Shown piece by piece: positions 9,901 through 16,094 of a stretch of DNA of 27,219 nucleotides (positions are counted from its first letter, which is position 1; every line of letters begins with the position of its first letter). The notes beneath the pieces are model-generated. The model had not been told where the DNA came from. It saw nothing but the letters and a program-made list of their open reading frames with translations, and ran no database searches. Made by a program: the position numbers and the translations under genes. The DNA is from Thermoplasmata archaeon (GTDB lineage: Archaea > Thermoplasmatota > Thermoplasmata > RBG-16-68-12 > JAFNFQ01), in NCBI GenBank assembly GCA_041489255.1, contig JBGPQV010000028.1, positions 1 to 27,219 on the forward strand, given 5' to 3'.

Positions 9901-10736
9901 GCCTTCTCGTGCCTGCCGGACTGGTACAGGGCCCTGCCAAGACTGAACCATAGATAGGAATCGCGGGACCTCTCCGGCGCAAGCCCCTGCTTCTCACCCT
10001 CCCGCTCGGTGCCGGTGGCCCTCCCGACCGCGAGTTCTCCCTCGTTCGTGACCTCGAACGGGACATAGTCGCTCTGGGCCGCTGTCCCCTTGAGCGAGAG
10101 GACCGCCAGCTTGCGGACTATCTTGTCCCCTTCCCTGATCCTGTCCATCTCGATCACGCCGTCGAACGGCTGGAGAAGCGTCGAGAGAGTCGTCGAATCA
10201 TGCATCTCCTTCTCGACGAGGAAAATCGACGTGAGGTTCTGTCTGCTCAACTTCGCCTTCGTCGCCTGGGCGAACGTGTGAACCTGCGAGAGATCGTAGA
10301 CGCTGAGAGCCGGAGAAAGGATCTCGACAACCGCCCTCCTCGGCTTGTCCTTCGCGAGGGAGGCTATCGCCCTCGTGATCGCGATGCCCACGTTGAGCAG
10401 GTCCAGCGAGACCTTGATGACCGGCCCGGCCTCTTCCAACTCGACGACTGATTCCTCTCGTTGACTGTACCAGTCCACCACCCTCAGGCGGCCCTCCTCG
10501 TAGAGCTTGTCCGGGTCGTAGCCCTTCGCCCTAAGTTCCTCGAAGAAGGTGGCTGGCGGCTTCGACGAAAGGACGACCAGGAGCGCCTCTCCATTCCTCA
10601 GACCCTCCGCGATGAATGTGCTGGCGAAGTAGTCCTTCTCGACCCCCGAGGGGCCTTCCAGGACGACCGTCGAACCTTCCGGGAGCCCACCCTGTATCAG
10701 CTCGTCGAAACCCTTGATGCCGGTCTTGACGCGCAC
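3882..10736 (-). CDS. Giant (2284 aa) membrane protein: degenerate RAD55/KaiC domain, TPRs, Zn ribbon, TNG repeats, TM, multi-domain ectodomain, PEF-CTERM
   Basis: N-terminus VKTGIKGFDELIQGGLPEGS with degenerate Walker A GPSGVEKD; TPR-like helices (WFSLGRALY, DALFAKATAL); CPMC...CPSCG; TM WKLYIVPLMAVALLMFPVLI; repeated IDG-x-F-x-DW domains; two ~359-aa S/T/W-rich repeats; C-terminal IPEF + TM + RWRKERRR. Confidence 0.9.
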   Translation of the reverse strand: MRVKTGIKGFDELIQGGLPEGSTVVLEGPSGVEKDYFASTFIAEGLRNGEALLVVLSSKPPATFFEELRAKGYDPDKLYEEGRLRVVDWYSQREESVVELEEAGPVIKVSLDLLNVGIAITRAIASLAKDKPRRAVVEILSPALSVYDLSQVHTFAQATKAKLSRQNLTSIFLVEKEMHDSTTLSTLLQPFDGVIEMDRIREGDKIVRKLAVLSLKGTAAQSDYVPFEVTNEGELAVGRATGTEREGEKQGLAPERSRDSYLWFSLGRALYQSGRHEKALVALESCVKIDPKNAEALNLIAESLEKLGRRKEAEKARLDAIAAKSAAAQRAESAPKPLQKPSRVFRILETSESRLKENPNDVDALFAKATALAALERYDDSMKALNELTKINHKYPGLWLLKSKIYESLGDEQKAKLCRERSQQIEDEIAAEEEVVREVSQLVCPMCSAPVKEGASACPSCGIPFMTGEAEQRPAPAPPARPDSRPEPKPEISKVAPSPPQKRKVPKGAVVSAPKGRTNGLTNGLGKGKGLTNGLRGRTNGLTNGLRGRTNGLTNGHRGRTNGLTNGLRGRTNGLTNGLRGRTNGLTNGLRGRTNGLTNGLRGRTNGLTNGMRGRTNGLVNGVRQGMGKVNGLTTKGRAEGVTNGLVNGLRDLRSGITNGLTNGNGFTNGLGSNRFRRQAKFYRWKLYIVPLMAVALLMFPVLIPGSIRTTSYVIEIDGSFGDWSSQRVISLRTDSGVSPNVRINRAGVVDNLDYLAFYVEVEGSMLQGGPDPQRLMDAVRIFLDTDGDASTGYLVKGLGAEFMVEIWGWGGTSQLAKLSSYALGASSQDNWGSWEQAAGLYAAVSANRLETEVPWLALMEQESIPVAVLFQAMSWDGQEQFSENVLSNMPGLLKISEKSLATATVSGTGIPLLAVELTSIEGDFSLTDLRVLIVGTAPLSDVTMLRLLDGTMTVLDSRVPASRLVSFHPLQPIRVTNGNLLTLTVAADTSLSDGKTLGLNLPMDDVVSPTRASGGPWAITRLNLTATYPLGYLGFVPTGRVIDGGFEDWTNPETDSIGESSTQGVDSLDIASFDANISGSAYFYLRLQGRALEGVATPQPSIPAPNTTTPTVADTDRDTVPDTVDLFPFDFNNDGTPDVDSNHDIDGDSLIDYPFGTDQWLNTTIPANFTVPYAGRFVSLYIGPTLRPPVNGEDSARFFVDVDNSTATGFLVGNIGADYMVELRGREGRVTNSGVWRHSGTTQGQWTWTLTGAASYALEQDRIEASGAIPGLNSDSRVSWATTDWRGSAGDIAQSSRRGTRGVFADGTVMGEAGEVDTYLDDAGRLQSASLKFTATEGLYAYAVEKNGMAAYFTGESDGQAFSLLSRGDLQFSWQPLAIGTLANGEFRLASAVTGVNANVAGNSIEYRGLFPGVQDRYTVQLNKVKHDIVLQDPSAVPAVGDMLVIRGKISLGNETALAVNGVAQSGDFATSGDIQVRSAGGNLLTLQAPFAYEQGDVEARVGGSFRVQKSDGGWLLSMEAPLEWFLDQKRAYPVILDPTGIIDTSSSTSPTGYHYQRKIFHDGTYFWAFYWDGTETQYEYSSDGMSWVNTRQQAFSNTGVQLASVWHYAGGSTVFIAGDKSSVSKDIYLRKGSISGTTITWAAADTALSISTNTLASKAPFICRSSTGYVWVTAMNKTGTGAYSITVFRSTSTDSVTAWVWSGNMLSSDVGNTYIEPEILPLSGGDVYALWYENGNIAGKKYTSSTSTWGSVESIDTAPASVYYAAASAVVDGWAYINIVYIANSPSGNVLYRQRTTSWNAATTLDSGSGNVYPALSRETGSGDLYALWRDSGNQIKGKKYSSGSWSTISIETSTISKSSLTSIYETSGSSNICWAWTDAPFTTRDVRFSVYSTSVKSVTVDTSTSSTPTQYSHQRRVFYDGTYFWAFHDDGTTTYYTYSSTGETWMNGYSAAFTSAGVKATSVWFYSSGSIKTVYVVGDDAASDKEVFARRGSISGSTITWDSEALVTISTKNMVSKIAFICRDTSGYIWVASSEQEADYNFAAIRSTSTDSVSAWGTFTPLMAADIANANIYGVIVPLASGNMYGLWYADGTIYGKMYTAGNSTWWTSQKTINTTSSGVSTKGPSVVVDSSYNINLVFSDSTGRVIYRQRTTSWGTATVVTTTTNNVYPSITLMSSDLYVFWIDSSNQITAKKYSGGSWSSISGIDTSTTAKSYLTTIYSASDTGTVCWLWGQGSGSGAYETKFSVIPEFEDMVVLVAGVGIFLPILGRWRKERRRAIKD
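3990..6110 (-). repeat. Tandem duplication of a ~359-aa beta-rich (propeller-like) domain
   Basis: IIDTSSSTSPTGYHYQRKIFHDGTYFWAF versus TVDTSTSSTPTQYSHQRRVFYDGTYFWAF. The DNA anchor gcccagaaataggt occurs at 6028 and 4951 (1077 nt apart). Further shared motifs: GSISGxTITW, RSTSTDSVxAW, YRQRTTSW, KKYSxGSWS. Confidence 0.85.
8868..9131 (-). repeat. Eight tandem 33-bp / 11-aa repeats (RGRTNGLTNGL) within a longer TNG-rich tract (~8720-9195)
   Basis: Read directly from the translation. The peptide is nearly invariant while third codon positions differ between units. Confidence 0.95.
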
Positions 10737-10737
10737 C

Positions 10738-11451
10738 CTAGACCACCCTCTCGTCGGCCTCGACGACTATGCCATTCTGAGTGATCCTCAGGGGGTGCTT
10801 CACCGTGTCGTGCTTGGTGAACCGCATCTTGCGGACCGTGATCGTCCTTCTGAGCTCACCCTTTGTCTCCTCCATGCCGAGGTGGATGAACGAGTCCGCC
10901 ACGAACTGCTCGAACCCCCATCTGGTGAGCCCGGCGTTCTCCAGCGACTCGGTGATCAACAGTGCCGTCACGTTTGTCTCACGGAGGTAGCGGGCGAACA
11001 GGAACAGCTCCTCCCGGAGGTCCCTCATCGACCTGTAGTGCAAGCCCATGGCAGAGAGCGAATCGACCACGAGGCGCTCGACGCTGTTCTTCTTGAGTGA
11101 ACTCCTGAGGAAGTCCTGGAGCTCGCCGAAGCCGAGCATCGTCCCGACATTCTTGTCCGCGACCCTGAGCTCCCCCAGATCGAGGAGTATCAGCTTGCCC
11201 ATCGACTCGAAGGGCGCCATCTCCATTCCGAAGGTTCCGAGGACCTTGTCGAGGTTGGCCCTAGGCTCCTCGAGCGACAGATACATCGAATTGTCCCCGT
11301 GGACTGTGGCCCCGCCATGGAAGAAGTGGAGCCCGAGCAGCGTCTTGCCGCTGCCCGCCGGACCCGAGACCAGGTTCACGGTTCCCTTTGGGAACCCGCC
11401 CTGGATGATCTTGTCGAGGCCTTCGACTCCGGTCGACAGGCGGTCAGGAAT
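10738..11451 (-). CDS. RAD55/KaiC-like single-domain ATPase
   Basis: Walker A GPAGSGKT, SLEE, Walker B LVVDSL, LLITE, RTITVRKMR. The frame extends upstream of the listed GTG (11379) through IPDRLSTGVEGLDKIIQGGFPKG to an ATT at 11451 preceded by GGGGTGA. Confidence 0.9.
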   Translation of the reverse strand: MPDRLSTGVEGLDKIIQGGFPKGTVNLVSGPAGSGKTLLGLHFFHGGATVHGDNSMYLSLEEPRANLDKVLGTFGMEMAPFESMGKLILLDLGELRVADKNVGTMLGFGELQDFLRSSLKKNSVERLVVDSLSAMGLHYRSMRDLREELFLFARYLRETNVTALLITESLENAGLTRWGFEQFVADSFIHLGMEETKGELRRTITVRKMRFTKHDTVKHPLRITQNGIVVEADERVV

Positions 11452-12091
11452 CGCCGGTCACCCCCAGGTCGGCCAGGATGTGTTGCCCGCACGTGGCGGT
11501 CGGATGGGTCATCATCGTCTCTCTCGCCGCGCCCTCGAAAATCCTAGCTGTCGCGACCTCGCCAAAGTTAGAGACGAACGCGCGCTTGATCTTCTCCATG
11601 AAATGGATGAAGACCGACCTGAGGTCCGATTCCGAGGAAGAGTCCTTGGCAGCACTCAACTCGCGAATCATCAGGTCGGTGAACGATGCGTCACGATTCC
11701 CCAGCTCCCTGACGACGTCTCTCTCGATTGATCGCCACCCCATCTTCTTCGCCTTGACGAAAAGCCTCTCGAGGAACTCCAGGTAGAAGGTCACGACCCG
11801 GTCGCGCTCGTCGGCTGGAGAGGTGTCCAGGTCAAGCTCCAGGACGATCCTGTCGCCCTTGAGCCTGTACTCGTACGCGGGGCGGGTCTTCCTCTGCCCC
11901 TTGCGTCGCTCGATCAGCCCGCACCCGTAGAGGCTGTTGAGGTCCTTCGTCGCGGTGCTGACGTGTATCCCCAGGTCCGCGGCGAGGTCGCTGGCGATTA
12001 GCCAGCCTTTCCTGCGCAGGCAGTCCAGGATGGGCAGACAGTGGTCGCTGGATAGCGTCCTTGCTGCTTCAAGGAATTCAGCACGTTTCAT
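11444..12091 (-). CDS. ArsR-like winged-helix regulator with C-terminal helical domain
   Basis: ILDCLRRKGWLIASDLAADLGIHVSTATKDLNSLYGCGLIERR...RPAYEYRL is a typical wHTH. It is the first gene of the operon and overlaps the ATPase start. Confidence 0.85.
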   Translation of the reverse strand: MKRAEFLEAARTLSSDHCLPILDCLRRKGWLIASDLAADLGIHVSTATKDLNSLYGCGLIERRKGQRKTRPAYEYRLKGDRIVLELDLDTSPADERDRVVTFYLEFLERLFVKAKKMGWRSIERDVVRELGNRDASFTDLMIRELSAAKDSSSESDLRSVFIHFMEKIKRAFVSNFGEVATARIFEGAARETMMTHPTATCGQHILADLGVTGDS

Positions 12092-12317
12092 AAGGGGGAT
12101 ACTCCAGGTTTGCTAGAGTTACTATCGAGATACTCTACGTTTTGTGGACTTAAGCCGGTTATGACCTGGCTATCGCCGGTGATTCCAAAACCTGAGAAGT
12201 GATTCCCTTCAAAAAAGCCGCGATTTCAGCGCGTAATGGAGAACCCAGCAGTAATGCCGCCCGGGTATCCCGCAATCCCCGCCAAAACCTCATTAACCCA
12301 CGTCGGTTTCACGGCGG

Positions 12318-12470
12318 GTGTTGAGCGAGGAGACGTTCTTCGAGATACTCTGCCGCGGCAAGGACAAGTGCGGCACGTTCGTGTCCGCGGTCAAGATCGA
12401 GCGCTGCCCCAAGTGCAGCTCCCCCAAAGTGCTGGTCAGGGAGATGTCGAGGGATCTCGAAAAGGACTGA
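12318..12470 (+). CDS. Small Zn-finger protein (50 aa; absent from the ORF track)
   Basis: GTG/TTG start: MLSEETFFEILCRGKDKCGTFVSAVKIERCPKCSSPKVLVREMSRDLEKD*, with C-x5-C and CPKC. Host-like codons; ATTAA ~26 nt upstream. Confidence 0.75.
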   Translation: MLSEETFFEILCRGKDKCGTFVSAVKIERCPKCSSPKVLVREMSRDLEKD

Positions 12471-12479
12471 TGTCGGACT

Positions 12480-13082
12480 CTACCTCGTTGTCCTGAGGAG
12501 GACCACCGCGACTTCCTCCGCCTCGCTCTTGTGGAAGTCGAACATGTGCGGTATGGGGAACTTGTAACTGAGGCTGTGGGTCGGCTTCCTTCCGAGCTCG
12601 CCCAGCTTCCTCCTGACGAACTCCTCGGTCTCCGCCTTGTGGAACGAGTACAGCACGTCGCCGACCTCAGCGGCCTTGTCCAGGAATGCCGCGTCCGCGT
12701 GGATGTTCTCCTTCTGGGCACCGAATGGCGGGTTCATTATCACGGTGTCGCACCTCTCCGGGAACTCGCCGAAGTCCATGGTGAGGAAGCAGATGTCCAC
12801 TCCGAGCGCATCCGCGTTCTTCATCGCCGCATCCACCGCCACCTCGTCCACGTCGAGCGCGACGACGTCGCCTGCCCCGAGAAGTTTCGCGCCGATCGCC
12901 AGGACGCCCGTGCCGCATCCGGGGTCGACGATCTTCTTCCCGTGGATGTCCCCCTGACCGTACGCGAAGTACAGGGCGTCTGCCGCAATCGTGGCGGGAG
13001 TCGAGTATTGCTCCAGCTTGGGGCTAGGATCCGGATGCGGACCGATCTTCTGTAGGAGCATCTCCAGCTCCTTCTGCTTCAT
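12480..13082 (-). CDS. METTL5-family (COG2263-like) SAM-dependent N6-adenine RNA methyltransferase
   Basis: LEQYSTPA, DPGCGTGVLAIG, MNPPFG, AFL, YSFH, FDFH motifs. Confidence 0.92.
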   Translation of the reverse strand: MKQKELEMLLQKIGPHPDPSPKLEQYSTPATIAADALYFAYGQGDIHGKKIVDPGCGTGVLAIGAKLLGAGDVVALDVDEVAVDAAMKNADALGVDICFLTMDFGEFPERCDTVIMNPPFGAQKENIHADAAFLDKAAEVGDVLYSFHKAETEEFVRRKLGELGRKPTHSLSYKFPIPHMFDFHKSEAEEVAVVLLRTTR

Positions 13083-13133
13083 AGGAGTTCGGAACGATTC
13101 CGGACTAATAGAGGCTTTGGTGACGACAGATCG

Positions 13134-13943
13134 TCACAGGCTACTCGGCATATCCCGCCAGTTTTTCACAGCCTGTTCGCCCTGCAAGGTCACGATCGCG
13201 GTGAAATCGGAGGGTCCGCGCCACTGTAGCTGGATCAAGCCTTCCTTCCCGAGCTCCTCCAGCTCCCTCTGCAGCTCGTCGTACCCCACTCCCTTGAACA
13301 TCAGGAACACGTCTGTCTTATTGACCCCGAGGCGACCCTTCTTCGCAAGGAAGGCGAGCAGGCGCTCCTTCAGACTCTGATCCACCCGCCTCGCCTCGTA
13401 ATGGTTGAACGCCCTTTCCACTATCTCGCCCGCAATGATATTGAACGCGTCCTCCACGAACTCGCCCGTCTTGGCGGACGTGTAGGCGTACGTGACATCA
13501 TACATCTGCACGACCTTCTCGACCTCGTCCTGCCGCAATGAACCCAGGCCCATGAGGTCTTTCTTGTTCACGAGTATGATGATCGGCATCTCTCCGGCGA
13601 TTTCCGTGGCGATGGAGATCCACTTGTGGAGTGACTCGAGCGTCTGCTTTCTCGTCACATCGCAGACCGCCATCAGCCCCTGGCACCCGTGGAAGAAACA
13701 TTCCTTCACGAGATCACCGAATCCCAGTTGGCCGACGATGTCGAAGACGCTGAGGTCCATCCTCACCTCGACATCCTCGCCATAGGCAATGACGAGTTCT
13801 ATCTTGCTGACTTTCGTGCCGAGCGTGTTGATGTATGCGTCCGAGAACTCGTTGAGGACGAACCTGCAGATGAGGCTCGTTTTGCCCACTCCGGAATCGC
13901 CGACGAGGGCCATCTTTGCCTTCATGGTCACCGGATGCCGCAT
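13134..13943 (-). CDS. Rab/Ras-like small GTPase with C-terminal winged-helix extension
   Basis: G1 GDSGVGKTS, G2 YINTLG, G3 DIVGQ, G4 NKKD, G5 TSAK, then ~85 aa with wHTH-like ELQRELEELGKEGLIQL...VTLQG. Confidence 0.88.
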   Translation of the reverse strand: MRHPVTMKAKMALVGDSGVGKTSLICRFVLNEFSDAYINTLGTKVSKIELVIAYGEDVEVRMDLSVFDIVGQLGFGDLVKECFFHGCQGLMAVCDVTRKQTLESLHKWISIATEIAGEMPIIILVNKKDLMGLGSLRQDEVEKVVQMYDVTYAYTSAKTGEFVEDAFNIIAGEIVERAFNHYEARRVDQSLKERLLAFLAKKGRLGVNKTDVFLMFKGVGYDELQRELEELGKEGLIQLQWRGPSDFTAIVTLQGEQAVKNWRDMPSSL

Positions 13944-14194
13944 GCTCTTGTCCTCTGTATTCGGGAGCTTGCTTTGTAGAGTGTTCTATTTAGTGGTGTT
14001 GGGGCTGTTATCAATGTCTGGAATACCTCGTAGACAGGGGACCATGCCGCCAGGGCATCGGCTCACGCCGGTTGTGGATACTTGTCCACAAACATCATGT
14101 GCGTCCCATCCACCAGATCCTTCCGCCTATGACGACGAACCGCAATCGGCAAGTATTATCAACAAGCGAGGGCTGGTTGGTCAAAGGTGACATC

Positions 14195-14674
14195 ATGGCA
14201 GTCTCAATCAAGGAAGGATCAAAGGCACCGAACTTCGCGCTTCTGGACACGGACAGGAAGATGAGGGATCTCAAGGAGTTCACCAAGGGCAACCTCGTCC
14301 TTGCGTTCTACCCCGGCGCTTTCACCTCGACCTGCACCAGCGAGATGTGCGCTCTCAGAGATTCCCTCGCGAGGATGAACTCCCTCAACGCCAACGTCTT
14401 GGCGGTGAGCGTGAACGACCCGTTCTCCAACAAGGCCTTCGCGGAGAAGAACGGGCTGAGCTTCCCGCTCCTCAGCGACTACAACCGCGAGGTCGTGAGG
14501 AAGTACGGCATCGCGCTGGACGACTTCGCCGGAATGAAAGGGTACACCGCCGCAAAGCGCTCCGTCTTCATCATCGACAAAACGGGGACGATCCGCTACA
14601 GGTGGGTCTCTGACGACCCGGGGAAGGAGCCCGATTACGGCGAGATAGAAAATAAGCTCAAAGAGACGAAGTAG
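14195..14674 (+). CDS. Peroxiredoxin (BCP/PrxQ-like)
   Basis: KAPNFAL, FYPGAFTSTCTSEMC (PxxxTxxC plus CxxxxC), FPLLSD, RSVFIID. SD-like AGGTGA lies before ATG 14195. Confidence 0.93.
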   Translation: MAVSIKEGSKAPNFALLDTDRKMRDLKEFTKGNLVLAFYPGAFTSTCTSEMCALRDSLARMNSLNANVLAVSVNDPFSNKAFAEKNGLSFPLLSDYNREVVRKYGIALDDFAGMKGYTAAKRSVFIIDKTGTIRYRWVSDDPGKEPDYGEIENKLKETK

Positions 14675-14906
14675 CCCAATCGGAAATGCGAACCTCAAGG
14701 GGGAAGCCTCTCGAATCATTCTATCTGAGTCAGCGACTGAGCCCATTTGGGGCGGACTCGAATCGATCCACAATCCTGATGCGGTCTCGGCTGCGTTGAG
14801 ACGGACAGAGGAATCTTGATGGCTTCGATGGGCTCGGCCAACGTAACTGGAGCCACGTACTTGAGCCTTCGGGAGTCTTGATAAGGAGGGCGCCAGGAAA
14901 TGCAGG

Positions 14907-16094
14907 ATGCAGAGAGTCGGACTATACATCAGGGTGAGCACGCAGGAACAGGCGGACAAGGGCTGGAGCATCGAAGCGCAGTACGTGGAGCTGAGGCGGT
15001 TCTGCGACTCGCATGAAGACTGGAAGGTCGTGAGGGCGTTCAAGGATCCCGGTTACACGGCAGCGAACCTCAATCGGCCGGGCATCCGGAATCTGCTTGA
15101 GTGCGCGCAAAGAGGGGAGCTCGACCTCCTGGTAGTCTGGCGGTACGATCGAATGAGTCGCGATAACCTGGACTTCCCCCTGCTTCTCCATCTCTTGAGG
15201 AAGGACAACGTTCGCGTCATGTCAGCAACGGAACCTAACGCGGAGGACGATTCGCCTCACGGCGAGTTCGTCGTGGGATTGCTCGGACTCCTCGCGACAC
15301 TGGAGCGAAAGACGAACGCCGTGCGCGTGAGCCTGGGCATGCGAGCGAGGGCGAAGGAGGGCATGTGGCACGGCGGCATTCCGGCCTACGGATACCATTA
15401 CAACGGCTCCACTGGTCGCTTGGAAGCGGACACCGAAGGCGCGAAGGTCGTGTCGCATATCTTCCACGAATACGCGAGACTCGGGGACCTGCATGAGTTG
15501 AAAGCAAACCTGCGCTCCCGGAATATCGTCGGTCGGAGCGGGAAGCCTTGGGCGGTGACTCAGCTGCGCAGGGTCCTGAGGTGCGAGACTTATCGCGGAA
15601 TGCTTCGCTGGGGCGATGTCGTGGCCGCAGACGAATCCCTTCGCCTCATCGACGACGAGACGTTCAGCAGGTGCCAGGGGCTCCTCGAACAGGAGGAGAA
15701 AGAGAACGGTTCGGGGGAGATTGACAGTGTAGAGCTAAAGCATGCGCACCTTCACAAGTCCGGACTGCCGTCGTGCCCCCGCTGTTCTTCCCACCAGGCC
15801 GTGAGGCGCAAGGGCGTCCGTTCGCTTGTCGACGGGACGACGATACGGCGTTACTGGTGCCGCGTCTGCAGAGGGGAGTTCGACGACAGGACCGCCGAGA
15901 TAGAGGTACCGCCATGCCCTGACTGCGGACGTCGCGAGCGAGTCCAGTACTATCGCCAGTGGGAGTCAAGTGACGGTATCCCCTTCCGGGTCTTCGGATG
16001 CAGGAAGTGCGGGAACCGCTTCCGGGTCCTCGTCCGCGACGTCGGGCAACCATTGAGCGGCGCCGCAGTTGCTGCAGTAGGCGCGGGCCCCTGA
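14907..16094 (+). CDS. Large serine recombinase 1 with two C-terminal Zn ribbons
   Basis: YIRVSTQEQ catalytic Ser, DRMSR, GGIPAYGY recombinase domain; C-terminal CPRC...WCRVC and CPDC...GCRKC. Confidence 0.92.
   Translation: MQRVGLYIRVSTQEQADKGWSIEAQYVELRRFCDSHEDWKVVRAFKDPGYTAANLNRPGIRNLLECAQRGELDLLVVWRYDRMSRDNLDFPLLLHLLRKDNVRVMSATEPNAEDDSPHGEFVVGLLGLLATLERKTNAVRVSLGMRARAKEGMWHGGIPAYGYHYNGSTGRLEADTEGAKVVSHIFHEYARLGDLHELKANLRSRNIVGRSGKPWAVTQLRRVLRCETYRGMLRWGDVVAADESLRLIDDETFSRCQGLLEQEEKENGSGEIDSVELKHAHLHKSGLPSCPRCSSHQAVRRKGVRSLVDGTTIRRYWCRVCRGEFDDRTAEIEVPPCPDCGRRERVQYYRQWESSDGIPFRVFGCRKCGNRFRVLVRDVGQPLSGAAVAAVGAGP

Noticed and set aside
8695-9957. 420-aa plus-strand ORF with PLVRP/PFVRP repeats
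   Set aside because: Antisense shadow of the TNG repeat and TPR region; the variation is synonymous on the minus strand only.
14072-14091. Two DnaA-box-like 9-mers suggesting a replication origin
   Set aside because: Archaeal context with no dnaA/cdc6 or ORB elements nearby; kept only as a candidate operator.
14745-14765. tRNA 3' remnant (minus-strand TTCGAGTCCGCCCCA) as att site
   Set aside because: No T-stem pairing upstream of the TTCGAGT loop and no acceptor-stem context.
14831-14867. GGCTC..ACGT..ACGT..GAGCC imperfect palindrome as recombinase att site
   Set aside because: Asymmetric spacing and no second copy found by eye.
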